Positions 8,956-18,987 of a stretch of DNA of 64,000 bases are shown here, one piece after another; within the stretch, counting starts at the first letter, position 1, and the number at the start of each line of letters is the position of its first letter. The notes beneath the pieces are model-generated. The model did not search any database and had not been told where the DNA came from. It saw only the letters and a list, made by a program, of their open reading frames with translations. A program made the translations under genes and the position numbers. This DNA comes from an uncultured Gammaproteobacteria bacterium. GTDB lineage: Bacteria > Pseudomonadota > Gammaproteobacteria > Pseudomonadales > Azotimanducaceae. The DNA lies in the NCBI GenBank assembly GCA_913064685.1, contig CAJYAE010000012.1, forward strand, positions 943 to 64,942, given 5' to 3'.

Positions 8956-9888
8956 TCAAAACCACAGCACTAATAATAACGCCGCCGGCGCGACAAGAAT
9001 CCACAATCCCATACCTAAGGCGACGCTGCGCCAAGATATTTGGCCGAGCGTGGCGCGATCAATTTCCAACCCAATCATGCCCAAAGCCACCACCAAAAGG
9101 GTTTTGCTAATAATGCTGAAACCGTCGAGAACCACGTCGCTTATGGGTATGAAAGACCCTAAGACCGCTGCCAAAATAAACAGCAGAATAAATCCGGGCA
9201 CCCGCAATTGCGCTTCACTGGAGCGATAAATTAAGCCGACAACAAAAGCCAGTGGAATCAGCCATAGGGTTCGGCCCAACTTGACCGTTGTGGCAACCAT
9301 GGCGGCTTCATCACCATAAATGGTTGCCGTTGCCACAACGGAGCTGGTGTCATGAATTGCCAACGCGACCCAGGCACCAAAGTCTTGTTGGCTCAGATCT
9401 AGGGCATAGCCGATGTACGGGAAAATTAACAACGCAAGGGCGTTAAACAAAAACACCAACGCCATTGCGACCCCAACATGCTGGGGTTTGGCTTGAATAA
9501 TTGGTGCTAACGTTGCGATCGCCGTACCACCACAAATCGCGGTGCCCCCACCCAACAACGTCGCCTCTTTGGTTTCACTACTCAAAACCTTCGCCATGGC
9601 GAAACCCAGGGCCAAAGTGCCTAAAACAAATACAGCCACCACCACACCGTAGTCAGCTGAAACCTGCACCAAGCGATCAAACCCAAGCGTAAAACCCAAA
9701 AGCACAATTGCTGTCTGCAGACTTAACTTGCCCCAACTGGCAACTCGGTACAACGGATTGACTCCGATCAACAGTCGAGTAGCCATTCCCAACAACAGTG
9801 CGTAGGCCGGATTTCTGAAATAGACCCCCACCAGCAGGGCCAAGCCAGCGCCGAGCCAGGCAAAGCTATTTTGCGTAGTTATCGCCAC
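8956..9888 (-). CDS. YeiH/UPF0324 family membrane protein (putative sulfate exporter family)
   Basis: 310 aa, polytopic, with GGGTAICGGTAIATLAPII typical of UPF0324. Confidence 0.75.
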   Translation of the reverse strand: MAITTQNSFAWLGAGLALLVGVYFRNPAYALLLGMATRLLIGVNPLYRVASWGKLSLQTAIVLLGFTLGFDRLVQVSADYGVVVAVFVLGTLALGFAMAKVLSSETKEATLLGGGTAICGGTAIATLAPIIQAKPQHVGVAMALVFLFNALALLIFPYIGYALDLSQQDFGAWVALAIHDTSSVVATATIYGDEAAMVATTVKLGRTLWLIPLAFVVGLIYRSSEAQLRVPGFILLFILAAVLGSFIPISDVVLDGFSIISKTLLVVALGMIGLEIDRATLGQISWRSVALGMGLWILVAPAALLLVLWF

Positions 9889-9889
9889 T

Positions 9890-10834
9890 TCAAACCTCTC
9901 CTCGCCCTGATTCTTTCAACTCACCATTAAGGTAATCGCGCCCCATACAATTTGCTTGGCGACTTTCTTCAGACGCCCATAGCAAGTCCGGATATTTCGG
10001 AGCGGTCATAAAGCGCGCAAACCAATCCGCTATCAATGCATCATTATCAAGAAGATCCAACAGCTGACGCTTGGCATGCTGCACGAACAGTGGCGCGATC
10101 TCATTTTCGCCCAAAGCCGGCATCGGCGCCGGGTCGCGATAATGCCGATCAAATCCCTGTGCAGAGAGCTCAGCGGCCAAATCCGCCAACATATCCGACA
10201 ACGACGGGGAACGAAAACCGATTGAAAAGGTCATACATGCCTCTTCGGCAATACCCCAGTGACCGACCCCTGGAGGTAGGTACAATAAGTCACCCGGTGC
10301 TAGCAGCCATTCGTCAACCGGCTGAAAATCCTCAATGATTTGTAATTCCGTGCCCGCCAATAGCGGCGTCGACGCATCGCAAGCTGTGCTGATCTGCCAA
10401 CGTCGATGGCCCTCCACCTGAACCAAAAACACATCGTACTGGTCAAAATGAGGCCCCACACTGCCGCCTGGCGATGCGTAGCTAACCATAATGTCATCAG
10501 TGCGCCAACGCGGCAGAAAGTCAAAACGATCATACAAACCTGCAAGTTCGGGACACCAAAGATCTACCGCCTGCACCAACAGCGTCCAATCACGATCAGG
10601 CAACTGGGCAAAGTCCTCTGCTGCAAATGGCCCAAACCGCAGCCGCCAGGGTTGCGCGGTATCTCCGACTGTGACCAGCCGTGATTCCACTTCGTGTTCC
10701 AGCGCCAGCCCAGCCAATTCATCACCATCTATCGGGGATGCATAATCTGCCAACGCGCCCCGCACAAGCAGGGGTCGCTGCTGCCAGTAATCGGCCAGAA
10801 ATTGTTCCGGCGTCACATCTCCCAGCGTTCTCAT
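9890..10834 (-). CDS. Cupin-4/JmjC-domain oxygenase (RoxA/YcfD-like)
   Basis: FLADYWQQRPLLVRGA at the N-terminus, then GPHFDQYDVFLVQVEGHRRW and a cupin core ending in PPGVGHWG. Its stop lies 1 nt before the YeiH start. Confidence 0.7.
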   Translation of the reverse strand: MRTLGDVTPEQFLADYWQQRPLLVRGALADYASPIDGDELAGLALEHEVESRLVTVGDTAQPWRLRFGPFAAEDFAQLPDRDWTLLVQAVDLWCPELAGLYDRFDFLPRWRTDDIMVSYASPGGSVGPHFDQYDVFLVQVEGHRRWQISTACDASTPLLAGTELQIIEDFQPVDEWLLAPGDLLYLPPGVGHWGIAEEACMTFSIGFRSPSLSDMLADLAAELSAQGFDRHYRDPAPMPALGENEIAPLFVQHAKRQLLDLLDNDALIADWFARFMTAPKYPDLLWASEESRQANCMGRDYLNGELKESGRGEV

Positions 10835-11006
10835 ATTAGATCCAATCTAGTCCGGTAGAGATCGCAGCGTAACGCAGAATTTAAATTAAAAGTTAAAGCT
10901 TCGGCCAAGTTATTTGCCCTCCAAAACTTGACGCGGACGCAATATCAGGCGAAATTCCGCAATCGGCAAATTTCACACGATAATCACAGCAGTTTTTGGG
11001 GGGAGT

Positions 11007-12707
11007 ATGGAATACGATCTTATTATTTCTGGCGGCAGCGTCATCGATGGGACGGGCGCTGATGCAATCAAAGCGGATGTCGCAATCAACAACGGCCGAA
11101 TTGCACGAATTGGCGATCTAGGTACGGCCACGGCGGCAGAAACTATTGACGCCCGCGGCAAAGTAGTGACCCCTGGATTTATCGACTTACATACTCATTT
11201 GGACGCCCAAGTCGGATGGGATCCGCTGATGAGTTCCAGTTCGTATCATGGCGTTACAACGGCCATGATCGGTAATTGTGGCGTTACCTTTGCGCCCTGC
11301 AGCCCCGACAATCGCAGATATCTGGCTGAATTAATGGAATCAGTCGAGGACATTGCTGCCGATGCCATTATGGATGGTTTGCCCTGGGACTGGACGACCT
11401 ATGGTGAATACCTAGACTCGGTTCAAGCACTCAGACCCGCGTTAAACATTGTTGGACTCGCTGGCCACTCTGCTGTTCGCTACGAAGCTATGGGCGATCG
11501 AAGCATGGATGAGGGCGCTCAAGCTACCGACAAGGAGCTTGCACACATAGCTAAAATGGTTCAGCAGTCTGTAGAAGAAGGAGCAGTCGGATTTTCGACC
11601 TCCCGTTTTCTGCAACATCTAGTGCCCGATGGCCGCTGCACGCCCGGGACATGGGCCGATTTGCGCGAAACTAAAGCCATTCAAGAAGCAGTAATCGCTG
11701 GTGGGGGTATTGGCGCAATTTTCCAGTCCGCTAATGACATGCAAACTCGCTATAAAACCGAACTTCAGATGTTCCGCGATGGCACTGAGCTAGGCTGTCA
11801 GGTGCTCTTTTCAGGTGGTACCGGCGCTGAGGGTGACGGCGGCGTAGCGCGCTGGACTGAATTTTTTGAAGAGCAAAACGAGGGCGGTAAGCGCTTGGCA
11901 AGCATCTGTCATACCCGACCCTCTGGTTCTTTCTTTGGCTTAGCACAGCTGTCGCCGTTTACGCGCAAGTCAAAGGCTTGGAAAGATCTAATGAAGCTGC
12001 CGACCATTGAAGATCGGGTGAACGCGCTGCGAAACGATGTGACAAGAGCTAAGCTCATAGCCGAGGGCATCGAGGCTGGCGACATGAAAAATTTCGCATG
12101 GATGCTTCATCCCTTCGGTACCGACACAAAACCAAATTTGGACCTGACAAGAGAACGGAGCCTGCAACAAATTGCCGACGCAGAAGGTAAAGATCCGGTT
12201 GAAGTTTATGTGGAGAGACTGCTGGCTTCAGAAGGTAAAGAATTTTTTAACTTCTGGATGTTTGGCGGCAACCTTGAAAACCAGTGGAACTACATGCGAC
12301 TTCCCCACGTAGTGCCCATGCTGGGCGATGCTGGTGCCCACGTAGGATTTTTCACTGACACCGACTCGCCGACTGTGCTACTCAGCGAATTGACCCGCGA
12401 GCAGGGGGTGTATTCACTGCCAGAGGCGGTGCACCGCATCACCGGTAAATCAGCGGAAATTATCGGCCTTAAAGAACGAGGCGAATTGCACGAAGGTTGG
12501 CACGCAGACATAAACATTATCGATTATGAAAATCTATCGACCTGTCATCCGGAGTACGTTAATGACTTCCCACACGGCGGCGGTCGCTTCATCGTGAAGG
12601 GTAAGGGCTATGATGCAACCATCGTCGCAGGCAAAGTCATTATCAAAAATGGCAAGCATACCGGCGATCGGCCCGGGCAAGTTATCCGCGAATTCGTTCG
12701 CGGCTAA
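11007..12707 (+). CDS. N-acyl-D-amino-acid deacylase family amidohydrolase
   Basis: The N-terminus reads YDLIISGGSVIDGTG...INNGRIARIGDL...GKVVTPGFIDLHTHLD. A GGGGGAG SD precedes the start. Confidence 0.8.
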   Translation: MEYDLIISGGSVIDGTGADAIKADVAINNGRIARIGDLGTATAAETIDARGKVVTPGFIDLHTHLDAQVGWDPLMSSSSYHGVTTAMIGNCGVTFAPCSPDNRRYLAELMESVEDIAADAIMDGLPWDWTTYGEYLDSVQALRPALNIVGLAGHSAVRYEAMGDRSMDEGAQATDKELAHIAKMVQQSVEEGAVGFSTSRFLQHLVPDGRCTPGTWADLRETKAIQEAVIAGGGIGAIFQSANDMQTRYKTELQMFRDGTELGCQVLFSGGTGAEGDGGVARWTEFFEEQNEGGKRLASICHTRPSGSFFGLAQLSPFTRKSKAWKDLMKLPTIEDRVNALRNDVTRAKLIAEGIEAGDMKNFAWMLHPFGTDTKPNLDLTRERSLQQIADAEGKDPVEVYVERLLASEGKEFFNFWMFGGNLENQWNYMRLPHVVPMLGDAGAHVGFFTDTDSPTVLLSELTREQGVYSLPEAVHRITGKSAEIIGLKERGELHEGWHADINIIDYENLSTCHPEYVNDFPHGGGRFIVKGKGYDATIVAGKVIIKNGKHTGDRPGQVIREFVRG

Positions 12708-12717
12708 ACTTGAAATT

Positions 12718-12743
12718 AAAGCCCCTTATCGGGGCTTTTTTTT
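12718..12743 (+). terminator. Rho-independent terminator
   Basis: AAAGCCCC-TTATC-GGGGCTTT hairpin followed by a T8 run, 10 nt after the deacylase stop. Confidence 0.75.
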
Positions 12744-12768
12744 GACTGCCCAAAAATCAAGGTGACCC

Positions 12769-13590
12769 GTGCCTCAAGACAACAAAGAACAAGCTGACTA
12801 CTGGAATGACCGAGCTGGTAATACCTGGGCAGAACTGCAGGATCGGTTAGATACATTGCTCAAGCCGCTATCCGAGGCCGGCTTGCGAGCCGCCAATGTA
12901 CAAGATGGCGAACGGGTCCTCGACGTAGGCTGCGGTTGTGGCGACACCAGTATCGCGTTGGCTGCCGCCGGTGGGCTTGTACAAGGAGTAGATCTTTCTC
13001 AGCCTATGCTCGAACGGGCGCAAGCGCGCTCTAACCAAGTAGAGTTCATACGCGGCGACGCGGCGAGCTTCACACCCAAACAACCTTACGATCTCATTTT
13101 CTCGCGCTTTGGCGTGATGTTTTTTACTGACCCCACAAGCGCATTCAAGCACCTTCACAGCACTCTAACAGGCCACGGCCGGCTGGTTTTCGTATGCTGG
13201 CAAGCGCCGGCGGCTAATCCCTGGATGTCGATCACCGGTCGCGCAATCGCGCCATACCTCCCCCAGTCAGAGTCACCGACAGACCCGACAGCACCCGGCC
13301 CATTTGCTTTTGCTGATGCAGACCACGTCCACGCGATTCTTAGTGACAGCGGCTTTCAAAACATAAGGCTCAACGCTTTTTCCGCCGCGCTGCATGTAGG
13401 TAACGATCCGCAAGACGCACTGAAACTGCAAACCCGCGTCGGCCCGGCGGCAAGGGTGATGGCAGAACTTGATGGCGAGACCCGCGATCAGGCTTTAGAC
13501 GCGGCGCGCACCGCCTTGGCTGCTCACCAAGCGGATAATGGCATCCACCTCGACGCCGCGGTTTGGATTGTGAGCGCAACAGCGGCTTAA
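12769..13590 (+). CDS. Class I SAM-dependent methyltransferase
   Basis: VLDVGCGCGDTS is motif I. GTG start with AAGGTGA upstream. Confidence 0.8.
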   Translation: MPQDNKEQADYWNDRAGNTWAELQDRLDTLLKPLSEAGLRAANVQDGERVLDVGCGCGDTSIALAAAGGLVQGVDLSQPMLERAQARSNQVEFIRGDAASFTPKQPYDLIFSRFGVMFFTDPTSAFKHLHSTLTGHGRLVFVCWQAPAANPWMSITGRAIAPYLPQSESPTDPTAPGPFAFADADHVHAILSDSGFQNIRLNAFSAALHVGNDPQDALKLQTRVGPAARVMAELDGETRDQALDAARTALAAHQADNGIHLDAAVWIVSATAA

Positions 13591-13696
13591 GCCATCGAAC
13601 AGCGCCTCAAACAGGGAGTCGCTGGGCCGCAGCACCGGCCGGATTTACCTTGTTTTTTCACATCCATCGAATGAGCAATAAGCTTTTATCGCACGG

Positions 13697-15505
13697 TCAA
13701 CGCAGTTCCAAGCCAGCAAGAGTGCCCTCTTCGCGCCACGCCTCAATAACTTTAAAAAACTTCACTGGGCCAGCCCCATAGGATCCGTTCTGCACACTCT
13801 TCGGATTCGGTTTGCCCTCATTGTTGTAATAACCCGGCGTGCATTCCGCCTGAAAACTTTCGCTCAAGCGGGACATTTTAATGATTTCTTGAACCCACTC
13901 CTGCTCAGCTTCCTCAGTCGCCTCAACAACCTTGGCATTCGATTGCGCAACCTGCCGAATAATGTAGGCAATGTGTTTAGCCTGCTCATTCATGGCATGG
14001 GGAAAGCTAACAGTAAAACCAGATTGCGCCTGAGAAATAATAAAACAGTTGGGGAAACCTGCCGTTTGCATCCCGTGTAAGGTCGCAATGCCGTCGTCCC
14101 ATTTGTCTTTTAGGCTTTGACCATTACGCCCAATCAAGTCATATCCCGAGCGACGGGTGTAGTCGGTGCCTACCTCGAAGCCTGTAGCAAAGATCACACA
14201 ATCCAACTCGAACTCTTGGCCGTTCGCGACCAGGCCCGTCTCGGTAAAACGCTCGACACCATGGCCGTCGGTATCGATTAAATGCACCCCAGGCAAGTTA
14301 AAACTGGGCAAGTACTCGTCATTAAAGCAAGGCCGCTTACAAAATTGACGGTAATAAGGCTTCAACGATTCAGCCGTCCCCTTATCGGCGACCTCCGCCT
14401 CGGCCCGAGCGCGGATTTGTTCCATTTTTTGGAAATCCGCCAGCTCCATTTTTTCCGCTATTTCCGCCGGCGACAATCGCCCCATGCCTTTGAAGTTAAC
14501 CATTGAGCCGAGGTTGCGAATAATCTCCGTCCAACCGTCGTTCACCAAGTCTTCATCAGCAAAACCACCGGATACCAGAGTCATGAAATTGTCCATGCGC
14601 GCCTGCTGCCAGCCAGGCGCAAGACTGTCTGCCCATTCTGGATCGGTAGGACGATTAGCCCGAACATCTACCGAACTCGGAGTGCGCTGGAACACAAACA
14701 ACTCATCGGCACCTTTCGCCAAGTGCGGCACACACTGTATTGCAGTAGCCCCGGTGCCAATGATACCCACGCGTTTACCGCGCAGCCCCGTGAGATTGCC
14801 TTCAGGGCCACCACCGGTATATCCATAGTCCCAGCGGCTGGTATGGAAAGTATGGCCCTGGTATTCACTGATGCCTGGAATACCCGGTAATTTGGGACGA
14901 TTCAGTGGACCGTTAGCCATACATACATATTGCGCGCGCATTTTGTCGCCGCGATTTGTGAACACAGTCCAGAGCTCGTTGTCCTCATCCCATTCCATGC
15001 CTTCAACCTCAGTTTGAAAACATGCGTATTCGTAGAGGTTAAACTTTTCCCCAATCGCTCGGCTGTGGGCAAGAATTTCTGGGGCGTGGGTGTATTTTTC
15101 CTTTGGTACGAAGTTCAACTCCTCACAGAGTGGCAGATAAACATAGGATTCCACATCACAAGCGGCTCCTGGATAGCGGTTCCAATACCAAGTTCCGCCG
15201 AAGTCGCCGCCCTTTTCGATTATCCGTACCCGTTTTAACCCAGCCTCGGTCAAGCGCGCACCTGTGAGCAGACCACCAAAACCGCCACCCACGACAATGC
15301 ATTCCACCTCGTCTTGCAAGGGTTCGCGGCTAAAGCCCTGATCCACATAGGGATCGTCCACGTAGCGCGAAAAATCCCCCGTGACCTCTTGGTATTGTTC
15401 ATTACCATCGCCACGCAGGCGCTTGTCACGCTCCGTTCGATACTTTTTGCGCAAAACATCCGGGTCAAACCCAAGCTGATCATCGGTTGCTGACTGCAAC
15501 GTCAT
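13697..15505 (-). CDS. Baeyer-Villiger monooxygenase, long (HAPMO-like) type, copy 1
   Basis: Contains GGGFGGL, GGTWYWNRYPGAACDVESY, the BVMO fingerprint YQGHTFHTSRWD and GIIGTGATAIQ. Start at ATG 15505 behind GGGAGG. Confidence 0.9.
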   Translation of the reverse strand: MTLQSATDDQLGFDPDVLRKKYRTERDKRLRGDGNEQYQEVTGDFSRYVDDPYVDQGFSREPLQDEVECIVVGGGFGGLLTGARLTEAGLKRVRIIEKGGDFGGTWYWNRYPGAACDVESYVYLPLCEELNFVPKEKYTHAPEILAHSRAIGEKFNLYEYACFQTEVEGMEWDEDNELWTVFTNRGDKMRAQYVCMANGPLNRPKLPGIPGISEYQGHTFHTSRWDYGYTGGGPEGNLTGLRGKRVGIIGTGATAIQCVPHLAKGADELFVFQRTPSSVDVRANRPTDPEWADSLAPGWQQARMDNFMTLVSGGFADEDLVNDGWTEIIRNLGSMVNFKGMGRLSPAEIAEKMELADFQKMEQIRARAEAEVADKGTAESLKPYYRQFCKRPCFNDEYLPSFNLPGVHLIDTDGHGVERFTETGLVANGQEFELDCVIFATGFEVGTDYTRRSGYDLIGRNGQSLKDKWDDGIATLHGMQTAGFPNCFIISQAQSGFTVSFPHAMNEQAKHIAYIIRQVAQSNAKVVEATEEAEQEWVQEIIKMSRLSESFQAECTPGYYNNEGKPNPKSVQNGSYGAGPVKFFKVIEAWREEGTLAGLELR

Positions 15506-15597
15506 AGGAACCTCCCTTAACATTTATCTGTATAACCCCACCACCAGAAGCGGCACGGCCAGTTAACTTACGGATAATAGCATTTTCCCAAGCAGCG

Positions 15598-17613
15598 TTA
15601 ACGCGGTCCAACTTGGTTGAAAGGATCGCTCCAGAACGAAGAAAAGACATTAGTGCCGTTGATAAAGTAGACCGCATCATCAGAAATCACACCGCGACTT
15701 CGGTTGCTAGGGTATTCGCCCGCGCCCAGCCCCGTAACCGATAGATACCCCAGATCAGCCAGCGATGCTGTAGCCGCCTGATCCTTATTGCGAATTTCAA
15801 GCAACTGCAAGCGTTCAAGCCACGCCGAATTGGCTCCTCCACTGTAACCGGAAAGCGGAATCGTAAAACGATCCGTGGTGTCGCCCGCCAAATAACTAAA
15901 CGCGTGCCGATCGTATTCTGCTGTGCTGATACTCCAGGCCAAATCACTGCCGAGCGTAAGCACGCCCTGACTGCGTGGCGCATCAAAGTCACTGATATCA
16001 AAAAGTTCTAATTTGACGTCGCTATCTTCTGACTGCCCCAGTCCCAATAATAAATCGTCGCTGACCGGGTGCAAAAAATTGCTAAAACCCGTGACCTCTA
16101 AGGCACCGACGATATACGGATCCGTGGGATCACTAAGATCTATGGTGTACAGCGGATCAGTGCGTTCAAACGTGACCAGATAAGCGCGGCTGCCGACAAA
16201 CCGAACCCCATAGAGATCTTCGTTCGGCTTACCAATCTCCTCACTACGGGTCGAATTTGGAATCTGGCCGACGGTATTGAGTTTTTTCTCGCTCGCGTCT
16301 GCCTGCAACACAAAGAGGTTATGGTCCAATCTATCGTCAATGTCCCCTGTGTATTGAGTGGTCATTAGGCGAACATAGTCCTGTGCCGCACTGATGCGAA
16401 AGTCCCTTTGGCCGCCCAAAAACAACGCACCGTCAACCCTCCCGGAGCCCGCGTAAGCTATCGCGCTGCCCAAATCGAACTTGTGTAGGTAGGTGCGATA
16501 ACCAGCGCTGACCGAATCATAGTCAACTTGGGTGAGATACAGTGCGTCCGCAGAAAAATAGGCGCCATCAGAAAACTCCACATAACATAGTCCATCGGTC
16601 ACAGCACCGGTTTGCGGATCCACGGTAATGATCGAGGTTACGGTTGGATACCCCGATGCGGCCGGTACCAACGGGTGTTCTGTGTCAACTGAGAAACAGC
16701 TGTCTGCACTAAAAAGTTCTAAAGCCACCCCATCGACCCGCACTTTGGGCAACACGTCATGCCACTCCAAGGTCTCTAGCAGTGTTTCGTTATTCGATTG
16801 CTCCTGAGCATTAGTTGGGCGATCAACTAATCCATCAATCGTCGGCGAATGCTTGGAAACGATATGCACCCCTGAGGCGGTCTTACGACTGGTCACCAAT
16901 GCCCCCTCTATACTCATCTCAGCAAGTGCCAAGGGGTTAGCCGGATCCGTCAAATCGTAAAGGCGCAGTCCGGTTGATTCGCCCTGCCAAGACTCTAGCG
17001 ACTGATCACCAAAGGTCCCCCACCAATTGGTTGTCGTCAGCGCCAACAGTCGATCTTGCTGCTGATAAAGGCCTTCCACAGTGACGTCCTGATCTAGAGG
17101 AATTTCCGCCAGAGGCTCCACGCCAGCGTCTGCAGGCGCGGTGCGCAATACTCGAATGCTACGGGATGTCTCTGAGCTAGGCGCGGCCGTGACAACCGCA
17201 GGCTCTGCCAACGACACAAAACAACAGCCGCGATCCATGCTGCGAGACGGGGCAATATAGAGGTACTCCCCGTCATATTTTACCGCGTCGTATTCATCTA
17301 CCGCGTTTTCCGCAGTGTAGGTGACTGAAAAGCCGCTCGAACCGGAATCTGCGCTAGAATCCTCTGCAGATGCTGTTACCACAGTGCCGTCGCCAGATTG
17401 TCTGGAGCCATCCAAAGTGGCCGCATAGGATGAGCGAAAAGTTACAAGAAGTTCTTCCTGACTCTTGGCGTTGGTCAAAAGGGCTGTAGGTGTGTTCGCG
17501 CCTGTAGGCGGCTCTGCGGCCACCGGATTGGATGCACTGCTGCCGCCACCACCACAGCCTACCAAGGCGAATAAAAACCCGGCGCAGAGCAAAGGACTAC
17601 ACGGTCGAGGCAT
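15598..17613 (-). CDS. Beta-propeller-domain lipoprotein (PF09826-like)
   Basis: Lipobox LFALVGC followed by a GGGGSS linker. DPLYTIDLSDPTDPYIVGALEVTGFSNFLHP matches my recollection of the Beta_propel family signature. Start taken at ATG 17613. Confidence 0.7.
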   Translation of the reverse strand: MPRPCSPLLCAGFLFALVGCGGGGSSASNPVAAEPPTGANTPTALLTNAKSQEELLVTFRSSYAATLDGSRQSGDGTVVTASAEDSSADSGSSGFSVTYTAENAVDEYDAVKYDGEYLYIAPSRSMDRGCCFVSLAEPAVVTAAPSSETSRSIRVLRTAPADAGVEPLAEIPLDQDVTVEGLYQQQDRLLALTTTNWWGTFGDQSLESWQGESTGLRLYDLTDPANPLALAEMSIEGALVTSRKTASGVHIVSKHSPTIDGLVDRPTNAQEQSNNETLLETLEWHDVLPKVRVDGVALELFSADSCFSVDTEHPLVPAASGYPTVTSIITVDPQTGAVTDGLCYVEFSDGAYFSADALYLTQVDYDSVSAGYRTYLHKFDLGSAIAYAGSGRVDGALFLGGQRDFRISAAQDYVRLMTTQYTGDIDDRLDHNLFVLQADASEKKLNTVGQIPNSTRSEEIGKPNEDLYGVRFVGSRAYLVTFERTDPLYTIDLSDPTDPYIVGALEVTGFSNFLHPVSDDLLLGLGQSEDSDVKLELFDISDFDAPRSQGVLTLGSDLAWSISTAEYDRHAFSYLAGDTTDRFTIPLSGYSGGANSAWLERLQLLEIRNKDQAATASLADLGYLSVTGLGAGEYPSNRSRGVISDDAVYFINGTNVFSSFWSDPFNQVGPR

Positions 17614-17829
17614 AAGCTTCTCAAGGTCAATAAGGATTATCGCAGAATGCACTTATCGTCAGCCAATGACAATGTGATTTTATATTCAGATAATAGGATT
17701 CGTTAGCGCACAAACACAGCCCCTACGTTACATGACACTCGACCTTCAAGCTTCGGGATTACTGCACAGTGCCGGCGCTTCAGCGAACCTGCAATACTTG
17801 AAATAAGGTCTTAAAAGGTAAGGAACGGC

Positions 17830-18987
17830 ATGAGCATTTCCCAAGTGCACAGTGGCAGCAAAAAAGTAAACGGCGTAAACATTTCAGTGGATTTTGTTGC
17901 CGCTGAGTCGGTAACCGCGACACGCAACGGAGCGGGGTTTCACCCCTGCCAAGGACTGTATGTCAGGCCCGCCGATCAGCCAGTGCATACCGCATTTATT
18001 GCGTCTCACTACAACGTCGACTTTAGCGAACATTATCTTGCAGAGTTCATGGCGGCCCGTGGCTATGGTTTTCTGGGTTGGAATACACGCTTTCGCGGTA
18101 ATGAGAGCTTCTTTCTACTGGAACACGCGCTCACTGATCTTGCGGTTGGCGTGCGCTGGTTAAAAGAAACAGCCGGTGTGGAGAATATCGTAATCCTTGG
18201 CAACTCCGGCGGTGGGTCGCTAATGGCGGCTTATCAGTCACAAGCCAAAGGTGTGACTATGCACGCGACGCCAGGATTAAAGCTACCGCAAGCCCTGAAC
18301 GATCTAGACGCCGCCGACTTTTATATCTCGCTGTGCGCGCACCAAGGTCGGCCCGAGGTACTGACGGACTGGTTCGACCCGGCGGTTACCGACGAAGGCG
18401 ACCCGATGAGCGTAGACCCGGATCTGGACATGTATAACCCAGTAAACGGTCCCAGCTACAGTGATGAATTTATTCAACGCTATCGACAAGCTCAGACAGC
18501 GCGAAATCATCGCATTACCGAATGGTGTCATAACGAACTGCATAGAATCGAGGCCTTAGGTCACCGCGATCGAGCGTTTAACCTATACCGCACTTGGGCC
18601 GACCTAAGGCTGCTCGACGGCAACATTGATCCATCCAAACGCGTCGTCGGCCGCTGCTACGCTGGCGACCCTAAAACCGCAAATTACAGCCCCCGCGGCA
18701 TCGGCCTAACCAACACCTTACGCACCTGGCTGTCGATGTGGAGCTTGCGAGATTCCTGCTGTCGCGGTGCAGAACACCTGGCGCACATAACAGCGCCGGC
18801 CTTGGTCATTCAAAGTGATGCGGATACGGGTGTCTTCCCAAGCGACGCCAAGGCGATTTTCGAGCAATTGTCATCTACTGACAAAGCGCTGCATATGATC
18901 ACCGGTGATCACTACTTGCAGACGCCGCAAGACGCAAAAACCGTCGTCGCGGATCTTATCCATGACTGGCTTAAGACCCGCCTATAA
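17830..18987 (+). CDS. Alpha/beta-fold hydrolase
   Basis: 385 aa with the nucleophile elbow ILGNSGGGS and a C-terminal D...H arrangement (SDADTG, GDHY). Confidence 0.75.
   Translation: MSISQVHSGSKKVNGVNISVDFVAAESVTATRNGAGFHPCQGLYVRPADQPVHTAFIASHYNVDFSEHYLAEFMAARGYGFLGWNTRFRGNESFFLLEHALTDLAVGVRWLKETAGVENIVILGNSGGGSLMAAYQSQAKGVTMHATPGLKLPQALNDLDAADFYISLCAHQGRPEVLTDWFDPAVTDEGDPMSVDPDLDMYNPVNGPSYSDEFIQRYRQAQTARNHRITEWCHNELHRIEALGHRDRAFNLYRTWADLRLLDGNIDPSKRVVGRCYAGDPKTANYSPRGIGLTNTLRTWLSMWSLRDSCCRGAEHLAHITAPALVIQSDADTGVFPSDAKAIFEQLSSTDKALHMITGDHYLQTPQDAKTVVADLIHDWLKTRL

Noticed and set aside
8742-9110. A possible 29-codon hydrophobic ORF (8742-8831, minus: MSVLRPSLDRASFLAIGIFVAYLFAPLFT), the 88-aa track ORF 8844-9110(+), and an imperfect hairpin CGTTATCGCGCGCGGCATAACG at about 8692-8713.
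   Set aside because: The small ORF has no SD and no supporting context. ORF 8844-9110 overlaps the YeiH 3' end and looks non-coding. The hairpin has an interrupted stem and no T-run, so I did not call a terminator.
17686-17708. The AT-rich stretch CAGATAATAGGATTCGTTAGC between the propeller lipoprotein and the hydrolase resembles a Fur box (13/19 to the consensus by my count).
   Set aside because: It lacks the AATGATAAT core and does not resemble the 21-mer shared by the two stronger sites. A match at this level is expected by chance in AT-rich promoter DNA.
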